Shown: piece after piece, positions 25,166 to 38,160 of the stretch | How positions within the stretch are numbered: position 1 is the first letter of the stretch | Layout of the letters: each line of letters starts with the position of its first letter | From: Octopus vulgaris | Taxonomy: Eukaryota | DNA length: 64,000 nucleotides | Assembly (NCBI GenBank): GCA_951406725.2 | Contig: OX597825.1 | Span: 67,890,001-67,954,000, forward strand | Direction: 5' to 3' | Notes under the pieces: model-generated | The model's database searches: none | What the model was told of the DNA's origin: nothing | What the model saw: the letters and a program-made list of their open reading frames with translations, nothing else | Position numbers and translations under genes: made by a program

Positions 25166-27811
25166 TGCTTGTTTTAAAATAGATGACTACGACTATTTGG
25201 TAAAGAAAGAAAGATGACCATCCCGAAATATAACGATGACCATTACTTTTCCGTAAACCAAGATGAAAGCGCGTGGCTTATGAGTTACGATGTTAGGTCC
25301 ACGCAGGACCGGATTTAGACCTAATGAAGCTCCTAAGCCAATAGGCTTTGAGGTACACTACGATTTTGTTTTCGTAACTTTCACCTGTTTATATGTAAAC
25401 AATAATAACATTGTAAATAATCATAATACAAAGAACATTTATAATTTCATATCAATTTTGTCTTTCCTCGAAAAAAATTTGCGCATTCCATAACTTTAAT
25501 GGTTGCCTTCTTTATCTGTTTGGATAATACATTGCTGTTAACTGCCCTCTTAATATATCAGGGTATAGGGACATCGCTTGGTCCTGCCCGACATTTGAAA
25601 CCAAATCTACCCGCTTGTTGCTTGTCAAAACGAGCGGGAAATCCTCTCCACACCAGATAATTGATGGGGAAATATTCGATGTCCTAGGACCTGCGTTGGT
25701 CAAAGAAAGGTCAGTCCTTTGTTTAGGGTTTGACCTACATTACTGACCATATGGGGACATTTCTTATCTCTTCCTCTTTTGCGTCAGCCATGACCAAGCA
25801 CAGCACTTTCCCTTCGCTGTTCGCTCGACATACGAAGAGGAGCTTTCGCCCGCAAGAAAGGTGATGCCACCTTTATCCTTTCTTCCTTTCTAATCAGCAC
25901 CCTGCATTCCTTGCTCTTTCACTCTCTACTGGCAGACAAACAACTTCTACACTATCAACTACTAACCAGCGAGTCAACCTTTTTGCCATTATCACTAGAA
26001 TAAGTCCTGGGGGTCGATTTGCTCGGCTAAAAGGCGGTGCTCCAGCATGGCCACAGTCAAACGACTGAAACAAATAAAAATAAATAAAAGAATAGAAAAA
26101 AGTATAAAATGAAAGTAAACATCAGAAGACGAGGTTTGAAACAAAGTGAAAGAAATACGTGAGATAATATATATCCACAGAAAGAGACAGACAGACAGAC
26201 AGAGAGTGTGGTAAATATATAAAGAGAGAGGTTGGTGGTGACAGAGAGTGAGAGTGTTGTTGCTCTGAAAGTTGAGTATATATATCATATATATATGCAT
26301 ATATATCATATATATATGCATATATGCGCAATGGCCCCGTGGTCAGGGCAGCGGACTAGCGGTCGCAAGATCGCGGTTTCGAATCCCAGACTGGGCGTTG
26401 TGAGGGTTTATTGAGCGAAAACACCTAAAGCTCCACGTGGCTCCGGCAGGGGATGGTGGCGATCCCTGCTGTACTCTTTCGCCACACCTAAATGGCCTGC
26501 TCGCTTAGCCAGCGGGGTGGCGTCATTTGAAGGCTAAAACAATGCGAAGCGCATTGTGACCAGCGATAGCCTGGTCGGTCACGGTGATCACGGTGATATG
26601 CATATATGCATATATGTGCATGCATGCGTGGATACATACACATGCATGTAGAGAGAGAAGGGAGGGAAGAATCGATGGTGATGACGACCTGTTGGAAAAT
26701 AAGGTATTTCTGATTACGAATGAGCTTCAGCCGTTAAGTAGACAGGATTAATGAACGACAGGCTAAGGTAAATAACTCTTGCTGGTAAAAAAATTAGTTA
26801 GCATCAATTCTCTCCCTTATTACGTGTTGCAATCGTTATTTCCCTTTAGCATTTTTACAAAAACGATTTGAGAGAGGGAAGATACAGTCGCTTTAATTAA
26901 ACCCTAGGCTATGATTGGTTCGTTTTTATGATATTTTTCCCTGGCAAGGTGGCTTTGAAGTTAAATGTAAATCGAAATAACAAAATTCCTCGAAGCATTT
27001 ATTCGGGCGCTTACTGATTCTGCCACCTTCCATTTTTATTAATTGAAATAAGATACATGTTATATAATGATTTCAAGTTTTGACACAAAGGGAATGGAGC
27101 AAGTCGATTACATCGACCCCAGTGTTTAACTGGTACTTATTTTATCGGCTCTGGAAGGATGAAGGGCAAAATCGGCCACGGAATTTAAACTCAGACTCCG
27201 GCGAAATTTGAACTCAGATCGTGAAGACGGACGAAATTTTAAATCAGTTATTACCTGACAATATATGACGGATTTTTACTGCTTCGCTCACAACTTTCTT
27301 TTTTTTTTTTTTTTAGGTCCAATTATTTTTTTAATTTGATGTACTGATGAAGTTTTGCGTATTTTTGCCATATATCAATATATAAAAATTTAATAGCTTT
27401 TAAAATTGTAAATTTTGAGTAATTTTAGCCAATCGAAAGCCACATACATATTGGTGCCTTTTTCCATAATAATAAGCCAAAATTTTCCCTTAATTTTTTT
27501 TAAATGTCAAAAACTATGAGCAAAACAGAAAAGTTCTGGCATGACTTGTATAAAATTTATATATAATGGTATTAAACATACTCGTTTAAATAGCTTCGAC
27601 AAACTCTTCTTTAAGTTAAGTTACCAACAGTTTCCTGCAGATTAATTGTGCTCACAGTTCCAAATTGAAGAGTAATAGTGCCCAATTATTTTTTCTGTTA
27701 CATTTTTCCCCCTAGATACAACATTACAAGTGAGGTAAGAACAACCGTGTGGAAAAAGCAAATAGTATTTTGCGATCTAAATCACTTCTCATCCCTAGCC
27801 AGTGATTATCC

Positions 27812-28021
27812 CATGCTGATGATGGGTTGCTACCCAGAAACCCAGATGCATGTGTATCATGTAAGGCTACAGATGGGAACAATGATTTCCATTCGCAAAT
27901 ACTGATTGAACACAGACATTGTGTCGTTAGCCAGCTGGAGGAGATGTTTTCCTGGGACTATAAACTACAGTAGCATGGTCCCATATGGGTCAGCCACATT
28001 TAGGTGGCAAATATACTTCAT
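27812..28021 (+). ncRNA. Hammerhead (degenerate stem III) plus structured domain
   Basis: CTGATGA tgggt-tgct-accca GAAAC; downstream ~170 nt aligns with the 31571 copy. Confidence 0.6.
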
Positions 28022-28190
28022 GATACATATATATATATATATATATATACAATAACATATTCATATTTATATATGTAATACTGTATTCATATAGCAAATC
28101 CAAACAAACGAAGAACAAACACAAACAACAACATGACAATGTGGTACATGTAAAGTATTAGCAGACACTCAGAAAAGGAAAGAAAGGTAG

Positions 28191-28223
28191 TTTAACATTT
28201 CGAGCAGACCTCTTCTTCAGAAA
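28191..28223 (-). ncRNA. Minimal hammerhead-like motif (family of 4376)
   Basis: Minus strand: ttt CTGAAGA agaggtctgctc GAAAT GTT aaa. Confidence 0.55.
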
Positions 28224-28284
28224 CAGAGGAAAGTCCAATAGAAAAGGAAGATGGACGAAGAAAATTGCCAACGGTTGACATGTG

Positions 28285-28331
<47 letters not shown>

Positions 28332-28355
28332 AATTGTATATTTATACTATATATA

Positions 28356-29608
28356 CAGGGTGCAATGAGTAAATTGTTGCCATTTTATATTTTTATCTTC
28401 ACGCATGTACATTGTTTATTTTTGATTTTGTCGACTACACAGTATGGTAGGGTCAGTTGGGCACCATCTGTGAGTAAAACAGCACCGTGATGCAATTCAC
28501 TCTGTCAGAAATTTGGAAACAACATGCTGTACTGCTTGACATTTGTGTCAGAAGCTCCAATACAAACATTTCAGAGTGTTTGGGTGTCTATCTAAGGACA
28601 GTGCAGAGGATTCAGAAAGAGATGTATGAGTCTAATAGTGATTACAAAGGTACAACAGCTTGGAAAACTCATTCTGATCGTTCTGATAAGAAAAGAACTC
28701 ATGAATTTGTTGGTGAGATCCAAGTCATGATTGACAATGATCCCGCCAAGTCAATCAGGTCCATCGCCAGGGACATGGGCGTGACTGAGTTTCTTATTAG
28801 GCAGGTAGTGCATGAAGACTTTCAGTATTCCTCATACAAGATGAGAAAGGGGCCAAATTTTATTCCAAGCCATCAAGGACAAGGGGAAAGACCATGCTAC
28901 GAAACTTTTGAACAAACTCAAGCATCCCCACCAACCAAACATGCTTTGGTTTTTCTCAGACAAGAAGAATTTCTGCCAATATTGGATGGTGAACACAGAG
29001 TAACGGCTGGCTTGCCATGTCCCCAAAACATGTACCAAGAGTGATAAAAATCAAACATCCAGTCAACATCATGGTGTTTGGAGTGATCGCTGATGGTGAC
29101 ATGATGCCTCCATTCATCTTCCCACACAGCCTCAAACTCAATACGGAGGCCTAAATCAAGTGCTGCCCTGGGTCAAGAGGGTGGCTGCTGGAAGATTCTT
29201 TGTCTGGTAACAGGACTCCACACCATGCCACAAAATTTCTGTGACGACATCACCTCTAACATCTGGCCACCTAACTCCACACACCTTAACCCCCTTGATT
29301 ATTACTTGTGGGGCACAGTTGAGCGAGAGACCAACAAAACTCCTTGTAACACCAAAGATAAACTGAAGGCAAGGATTATGGCAGCATTCACCAACTTAAA
29401 CAAGGAGATCATCCAAAAGAGTTGTAGGAGATTCCAAAGTCGTCTGGAGGCTGTGGTTAGAGCCAATGGTGATTTTATTGAATAAATTTACTCTTTAGCA
29501 TTTCAAGTTATTTTTATGTAATTGTGGTAAATATTTCTGTTAAAATGAGATGTCATTGTTATTTTCATTCATGGGTAATTTAAATGACAGTTTATTCACT
29601 GCACCCTG
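28356..29608 (+). mobile_element. Near full-length degenerate DD37D (maT-type) Tc1/mariner transposon
   Basis: TIRs CAGGGTGCAATGAGTAAATTG / CAGTTTATTCACTGCACCCTG; HTH SIRSIARDMGV; WPPNSTHLNPLDYYLWG; frameshifts and stops. Confidence 0.9.
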
Positions 29609-29630
29609 TGTATAAATGTATGTATGTATG

Positions 29631-29678
<48 letters not shown>

Positions 29679-29734
29679 GAGAGAGAAAGAGAAAAGGAGA
29701 GGGTGAGAGAGAGACACATATTTGTAAATTTATA

Positions 29735-29772
<38 letters not shown>

Positions 29773-29862
29773 TATATATATATATATATATATATTATAC
29801 AATAGACTAGTTATACACACATATATAAAAATATACACATACACAATAGTATATATGTGAGT

Positions 29863-29906
<44 letters not shown>

Positions 29907-30003
29907 GTGTGTGAGTGTGTGTGTATATATACATATATATATTACAGAATAGCTTAGTTCTACATGCATATATAAGAATATGTATATATACATGTACACA
30001 ATA

Positions 30004-30047
<44 letters not shown>

Positions 30048-30060
30048 CAATAATATATTC

Positions 30061-30103
<43 letters not shown>

Positions 30104-31567
30104 TCAACAGTATATTCATATTATATATATATATACTTATACAAATCTGTTTAAGCGCAGATACACACACACACACACACACACACACAATAGTATATAA
30201 TCCAAGGAGAAAGAACTATGCTGATTTCGCCGCTGCACCAAGTCTTGAAATTCAAACAATGATATGAGAGGATAATTCACAAGTTTCAGTAATTTATCCT
30301 CTCCAGCTTTATGTTGTTATAATAATATCATTATATAATCAATAAAACATTATTGATTTCTCTTATAATTATTGGTTTTGTTACTTTGGCATGGAGCTAA
30401 CATTATCTAGTAAATGATTTAACGCAATTAGATCAATTAACATAATTCCAATACATGCTACCAGTTTATTTTTATTGAACATGAAGGAATGGAACCTGTG
30501 TAGAGCAACAACGTTTGATCTTGGATCTTAGCAATAGGAAAATTACATTAGCCATTTGTGTATTGTACTTGATGTATATATACCATTGACAGGCAAGTTG
30601 CTATGGTTTTCGTCTGAGATAAAACCTCTTTTTTTTACTCTTTTACTTGTTTCAGTCGTTTGACTGTGGCCATGCTGGAGCACCACCTTTAGTTGAGTGA
30701 GCAAATCGAGCCCAGGACTTATTCTTTGTCAGCCCAGTACTTATTCTATCGGTCTCTTTTGCCGAACCGCTAAGTGACGGGGGACATAAACACACCAGCA
30801 TCGGTTGTCAAGTAATGCTAGGGGGACAAACACAGACGCACAAACATACACGCACACATATATATATATATACATATATACGACAGGCTTCTTTCAGTTT
30901 CCGTCTACCAAATCCACTCACAAGGCTTTGGTCGGCCCGAGGCTATAGTAGAAGACACTTGCCCAAGGTGCCACGCAGTGGGACTGAACCCGGAACCATG
31001 TGGTTGGTAAGTAAGCTACTTACCACATAGCCTTACCACGCAGCCACTCATTTTTTTTACTCTTTTACTTGTTTCAGTCATTTGACTGTGGCCATGCTGG
31101 AGCACCACCTTTAGTCGAATCAAATCGACCCCAGGACTTATTCTTTGTAAGCCTAGTACTTATTCTATCGGTCTCTTTTGCCGAACCGCTAAGTTAAGTG
31201 TGAACTCAATAGAAATGTATTATCAGTAAGATGATATAGTGGGTAAATGAGTAATTAAAATGGTTCAATTCACTTATTTAAATTCCTTCACTTTAATTTT
31301 AAGCCATTTTAAAACCATTTTATCTTACTCATTTACCTACTATATCATCTTACTGATAATACATTTCTATTGAGTTCAGACTTAACCTGTACAGAACCAT
31401 ACTGATATAATTCAATATCTATTTTATAACACAATAAAGACATTCTAAAGTCATTAGCATGTAGAAAATATATGAAATGTGTAACATATTTCCTTTAATT
31501 TAACTCATTAATACCAATAAATTACTTATTAACTATAAATTTATAATAAATCTCTGAACGAGGTATG

Positions 31568-31774
31568 ACGCTGATGACGGGTCATGACCCAGAAACTGCA
31601 GTCCGTGCGTATCACTTAGGTTGATGAGGGAAGGATGACCTCCCTTTGCAAATACCGATAGGGCACAGAAAATGTGTCAATAGCCAGCTGGAGACGATGT
31701 TCTCCTGGGGCTACAAGCTACAGTAACACTCACCCTTAGTGGTTAGCCATATTGAGATGGCAAATATACCTCAC
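31568..31774 (+). ncRNA. Canonical type I hammerhead plus structured domain
   Basis: acg CTGATGA c-gggtca-tgaccc-a GAAAC tgca GTC cgt; all core nucleotides intact; predicted cut after 31603. Confidence 0.8.
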
Positions 31775-32770
31775 ATATAAATTTATATTTGATTTATTTT
31801 TATATAAATATGAAATTATTTCTATATTCTATATTCTCTGTCCCTATATTGTATAAAATACTAAAATTATTCTGATTCTTTGAAAAAACTCTCTAAAATA
31901 TACCTATTTATTTCAAATCACAATTAGGATTATGGCTGTTAAATGGTTAAGTACTATAAGTTTTTACTCTCCCAACCTCATCAGCTTTAGCCTACTAATT
32001 TTAGGTGAAATATATTCCACCGAACCATATGGGTTCTGCTTCAAAGGAATCTTGATTTATGGTTCTGCCACTTAAACTGTCTTTTTCTTGATCTATAAAA
32101 GATAGATTCTTGTTTTTTTTCACTAGACCTGATAGAATAGTCATAAACCCCCTCCCTCAATAGTAAATCTAAATAGCAAAGTAAAATCAATGATAAGCAG
32201 TGTCTCCATGAAAAAATATTAATTACTACTATTACTCTTTTACTCTTTTATTTGTTTCAGTCATTTGACTGTGGCTGTGCTGGAGCACCGCCTTTAGTCG
32301 AGCAAATCAACCCCAGGACTTATTCTTTGTAAGCCTAGTACTTATTCTATCGGTCTCTTTTTGCCGAACTGTTAAGTTACAGGGATGTAAACACACCAGC
32401 ATTGGTTGTCAAGTGATGATGGGGGGACAAACACAGACATACAAACATATACACACACATACACATATATATATATATATATACATATATACGACGGGCT
32501 TCTTTCAGTTTCCGTCTACCAAATCCACTCACAAGGCTTTTGGTCAGCCCGAGGCTATAGTAGAAGACACTTGCCCAAGGTGCCACGCAGTGGGACTGAA
32601 CCAGGAGCCATGTGGTTCGTAAGCAAGCTACTTACCACACAGCCACTCCTACTATGTTCTTGTTGATGAAACTAGTTTCTCTGTCTACCTACATACCCTA
32701 TTTGTGATGTTGGTAAATGGAATAACTATAAAAATGAATCTTTTCAATTTAACTAAATTCTATATTTTTA

Positions 32771-32858
32771 TGCAGCTGAAGATTGCTCTACATTTTAAAA
32801 CTTATGTAATACTTGCATTGTTTAATTAAATGGAGTCGTATGAAACGATCGTACCGCA
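32771..32858 (+). ncRNA. Hammerhead motif with long stem II
   Basis: tgcag CTGAAGA [~59 nt] GAAAC gatc GTA ccgca; palindromic ACGATCGT. Confidence 0.65.
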
Positions 32859-32889
32859 TTACCTCTGGATATACTTGTTGCTTATTTTG

Positions 32890-32958
<69 letters not shown>

Positions 32959-33065
32959 TTATATATATATGTATGTATGTATGTATGTTTATATATATAT
33001 GTATGTATGTATGTATGTTTATATATGTATGTATATATATGTATGTATGTATATATGTATGTATG

Positions 33066-33110
<45 letters not shown>

Positions 33111-33131
33111 GCATATATATATATATGTATG

Positions 33132-33177
<46 letters not shown>

Positions 33178-33231
33178 CATGTATGCATGTATGTATGTAT
33201 ATATATATATATGTATGTGTATATATGTATA

Positions 33232-33271
<40 letters not shown>

Positions 33272-33301
33272 CATGTGTATATATGTATATATATGTATAT
33301 A

Positions 33302-33353
<52 letters not shown>

Positions 33354-33654
33354 TACATGCATACATGTATAAAGGTATATGTGTGTAAGTTTGTATGTTA
33401 TTTCAAATAATTCAATATGGTCAAATGTAAATATTTTCTTCATACACAAAACTGAATTCAGACAAACTGCATGTTGAATCTTGATGATAATGGGATTGTT
33501 AGGATATCAACAGACAAACGTACTTTCTATGTAAAACAAAACAAAATAGAGATGGTTGGTTTTTAAAAGAGAATTTATTCCAATAATTTACTTGAATGGT
33601 GGAAAACTTTCTTCAAGGTAAGAAGTGACAAAGAGCCAATGTATGTGTATATAA

Positions 33655-33689
<35 letters not shown>

Positions 33690-33870
33690 TGATGATGTAT
33701 TTTTATATATATTCTTTTATCGGATGAATGTGAGTTTGTCCTTTAACTGGAATTATTTCCAAAGATTTTTAATGTCTTTTTTCTTCGTACTTTTTACTTT
33801 TTAATTTACTTTATATAAGTAAATTCAAAAGTATATATATATATAAATATATATACATATATATATATAA

Positions 33871-33927
<57 letters not shown>

Positions 33928-34310
33928 AGCATAGGGTGAGTATGCTATGTATGTATGTATCTATGCATGTGTGTGTGTATGTGTGTATTCTCTTCCATAT
34001 CAGCTAACTCTTATGAGCGTAAAGTTGTATAATCGGATTGTTACCTGACACTCCATTGCATTCTTTACATGAAACCGATTGGTAAGGTCAGCTGTGATGG
34101 CTATTCAATACTATACATTTCAGATAATATATATATGTAGATGTGTGTATGTATATATTATGATTGTTTGTGTGTGTGTGTGTGTATTTCTTTGTGTTAG
34201 AAAATGGAAGAAATGCAGAAAAAAAAAATTCTGACCCAAACATTAGTGAATGATTGTTTGTTTAAATGAGACATTATGAATATATTTCTCTACTTCGTAA
34301 ATCCTAAACT

Positions 34311-34839
34311 AGGAGGAGAAGAAGAAGAAGAAGAAGAAGAAGAAGAAGAAGAAGAAGAAGAAGAAGAAGAAGGAGGAGGAGGAGGAGGAGGAGGAGACGA
34401 AGAAGGAGGAAGAGGAGGAGGAGGAGACGAAGGAGGAGGAGGAGGAGGAGGAGGAGACGAAGAAGGAGGAAGAGGAGGAGGAAGAGACGAAGAAGAAGAA
34501 GAAGAAGAAGAAGGAGGAGGAGGAGGAGGAGGAGGAGACGAAGAAGGAGGAAGAGGAGGAGGAGGAGACGAAGAAGAAGAAGAAGAAGGAGGAGAAGAAG
34601 AAGAAGAAGAAGAAGAAGAAGAAGGAGGAGGAGGAGAAGAAGAAGAAGAAGAAGAAGAAGAAGAAGGAGGAGGAGAAAAAGAAGAAGGAGGAGGAGGAGG
34701 AGGAGGAGGAGGAGGAGGAGACGAAGAAGAAGAAGAAGAAGAAGGAGGAGGAGAAGAAGAAGAAGAAGAAGAAGAAGGAGGAGGAGGAGGAGAAGAAGAA
34801 GAAGAAGAAGAAGGAGGAGGAGGAGAAGAAGAAGAAGAA

Positions 34840-34871
<32 letters not shown>

Positions 34872-35013
34872 AGAAGGAGGAGGAGAAGAAGAAGAAGAAG
34901 GAGGAGGAGGAGACGAAGAAGAAGAAGAAGAAGAAGAAGAAGAAGAAGAAGAAGGAGGAGGAGAAGAAGAAGAAGAAGAAGAAGAAGAAGAAGAAGAAGA
35001 AGAAGAAGAAGAA
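34311..35013 (+). repeat. ~700-bp (GAA/GGA)n polypurine tract
   Basis: Directly visible; only rare GAC interruptions. Confidence 0.95.
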
Positions 35014-35155
35014 ACTATAGAATGTTCCAGATATACCAGACGTCAACAGACATTCCAGTTGTCAACAGACATTCAGTTGTTTAGTCATGTGTCATTTTCA
35101 TTTGCAAACTCAGATCAAGGAAGAAAGCAATATAAGTCATTTTCCTGATAATCTC

Positions 35156-35370
35156 TAACCCCTTAGTATTTCAAATATAAAGCTTACTCGCTCACTCACA
35201 TTGGTTGGATTAATCATGCCTTATGTTGCAGCTTCAAGATTTCAATGTGGTTGTTTAATTTGTAGAATGACATTGTAGGGTAGGTGTGAGAGACAGGACC
35301 TGGCCAGTTTGAACATAAAACAGGTGGAGTATTTTGGCTGGATGTGGCCACTTTAAATGCTAAAGGGTTA
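35156..35370. mobile_element. piggyBac-like MITE (second copy at ~46470-46699)
   Basis: Ends TAACCCCTTAG...ATGCTAAAGGGTTA; shared interior AGAATGACATTGTA...GGCCAGTTTGAACATAAAACAG. Confidence 0.6.
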
Positions 35371-37565
35371 TAAAGAATCATTCCAATATTATGGTTTCTT
35401 TTTTCTTTCTTACTTTCTTTCTTTATTTCTTTCTTTTTTTTTCTTGTTGGCAGTGCTCAAAGGGGACAAAGGGAGAACAAAAGCTATAAAACCATAAGAT
35501 ATATGTAAAATTATCAGATCAATTCCAAGAATTGTCTTTGGAAAATTGCAACAAACCAAGAATATTTCCCATAATTCCATGACAATCAATGACTGAATAC
35601 TGAACCATCAAAGACAATGCCTTTTAGTATGTTTTTGTTGTATGCTTTTTTTGTTTGATTTTTTCTGTGTATTCTTGTGTTTTTGTGTAGTCTGTATGTT
35701 TTAATACAATATGCATTATGAAGCCGTAGGAAGATAACAATTCAATACAAGAGAAATGACAGTTATTTGGGTTTTTTTATATATTTTAACAATGTTTTAT
35801 GATAAATAGTGCTTTATGATAACAGTGTTTTTATGATTAAAGAATTTTATGATTAAGGAATTTTATGATAAAAGTATTTTATGATAACAGTGCTGCGTGA
35901 TCAAGAGTGTTTCAAACACATATATACACAATGAATCAAGCAGATATCATCAATAATTAATCACACACTCAGAAGATTCTGGTATAATATGGTTATTGAT
36001 TTCCTACATTGGCACAAATTAATATTTGTAGACGATGAGGTGTATGGTCAATTGAATTGGTTTTCTCCCCCAGTGTATGACTGGTATTCGTTTTATTCAC
36101 ACACCCGTCTCCCAACCTTTTAAAGACATCAAAATCAAAAAATCGACCTTGGTGAAATTTATACACAGAACGTTAAAAATAATGAAACCAAATGTAACAT
36201 GCATTCCGTCTGGCGCTCTACCGTTTCTGCTAAGCCACTATCATTCTAAGAACGGCCCATAATTATGAATACAAAAAATCAGAAAGACAGAGGTGGTGCG
36301 AGAGAATCCTGTTGATGCTTTAATTGTATAACCATCAAGTGGCTCGTGGTTGAGAAAGACTACGAACCAAGACATTCCAGCCATGACATTCATGTCTCTT
36401 CAGGAGGTATGTCTAGGATTATATTCTCCTCTTTTGTCTGCCCTTACGTTCTGGGTTCAAATTCCGCCGAGGTCAACTTTGCCTTTCATCCTTTCGGGGT
36501 TGATTAAATAAGTACCAGTTATGCACTGGAGTCGATGTAATCAACTTAATCCGTTTGTCTGTCCTTGTCTGTGCCCTCTGTGTTTAGCCCCTTGTGGGTA
36601 GTAAAAAAAAAATATGTATATATTCTCCTAGGTATCTTTTCCTTACTTAAGACTCCAGAGTGTGATTTGAGGAAGGTTTTGTATGCTATTTCTAGCAGGT
36701 CATACGAACATGCAGGAGTGCCCTCATTGACAGATGTTCCACAATTCTAGATTTTGTTATGAAACGACATGAATAGTGGACTTTGTTTCTCCTTCCAGAA
36801 GTATACATAGAAGAAAAAGAAATTATTCAACACACTAATAATTGCTTACACATATACACACACACACCTACAGTAATGAACATGCCAACACATATACCCA
36901 CATGAATATACTCAATACATAAACACATAAACACATCCATACAAATTCATATGTTTGTTTTTGTATATGAATGCATGTATGTATGCATGAACATATATGT
37001 GTGTGTGTGTGTGTATGTATCTGTTATGTGTGCATGGGTGTATGTGTATGAATGTATGTATAAATTTCAGACATGTCCACATATACTTACGTGTATATGC
37101 ATACATTCACACACAATGGTTTGTTGCCTAACACTCCATTATATAATTCCACATGAAACCGATTGGTAAGACCAGCTGTGATGGATAATTAACACTATAA
37201 AACTCTAACCCTAACCCAACCACATGGTTCTGGGTTCAGTCCCACTGCATGGCACCTTGGACAAGTGTGTTCTACAATAGCCTCAAGCTGACCAAAGCCT
37301 TGAAGGTGGATTTGGTAATCAGAAACTGAAAGAAGCCTATTATGTATATAGATGAATGTGTGTGTGTGTGTGTGTGTAAGTGTGTGTGTGTGTTTGTATC
37401 TGTATATCTTTGTGTCTGTGTTTGTCTACCATAACCGCTTGACAACATACATTGGTTTGTTTATGTTCCCTTAACAGTTAATCACATGGACCCCAGTATT
37501 TGACCGGTACTTATTTTATCAACCCCAAAAAGATGAAAAATAAAGTAGCACTCAGCAGGATTTGA

Positions 37566-37600
<35 letters not shown>

Positions 37601-37619
37601 AATAATGATAATTTTTTTA

Positions 37620-38160
37620 TTGGCCACAAGGACCTTAAAGACATTTAGGACAATACAGAAACAAAACGACAGGAGGAATTTACATAGAAATATGTAAACA
37701 ATAAAAAAATAACAATTTTCATAATAATTCTAACAAATTCCCTAGTAGTGGGGAAAATGCCATACAGAGGTGAGCAAGGATCCCCATGGATCCCAGGCCA
37801 ACCTACACAGCAAATGCTCCTCTCTGTCTCTCCTCCTTAATCCTCAGCTTAGTGTAGGTCCACTCACTTGAGACATCCTTGCCACATTCACCCACCTTTC
37901 ATTTGTTTGGGGTCAGCACATTTTTCTCAACACCCACTTTCTTTTTTCAGATGGAATTTTAAAAAATCAATGAGAGTTTGACTGGAGACAAAAAGTGTCT
38001 GTATTCACTACTCTCTGTCTAATATACCATACAACTTCTCTCACCAGGGCCACCAGACAGAGGAAAAACTGCCAGCCCTTCTCTACAAAAGGAAGACAGT
38101 AGGGCAATCTTCATGATGGAGTCAGCCAACAGCCAAATTTATTCTACATGTAACAGCTGT
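37620..38160 (-). mobile_element. Tx1/L1-like LINE 3' end, degenerate
   Basis: Minus-strand DSIMKIAL...VSSQTLIDFLKFHLKKKVGVEK...RWVNVARM, similar to 24300-24620. Confidence 0.55.

Noticed and set aside
25500-25800. Possible LINE ORF1 relic; similar weak coding hints at ~39030-39110 and ~44870-44960
   Set aside because: Similarity too weak without a database search
34035-34115. GAAACCGATTGGTA repeat (also ~37155), and lone GAAACCGGTC (~2676) and GAAACGATCGTA (~60085)
   Set aside because: Resemble the 3' half of a hammerhead but lack CUGANGA; not counted
34276-35148. 290-aa poly-Glu/Gly ORF
   Set aside because: Translation of a triplet repeat; no domain or splice evidence
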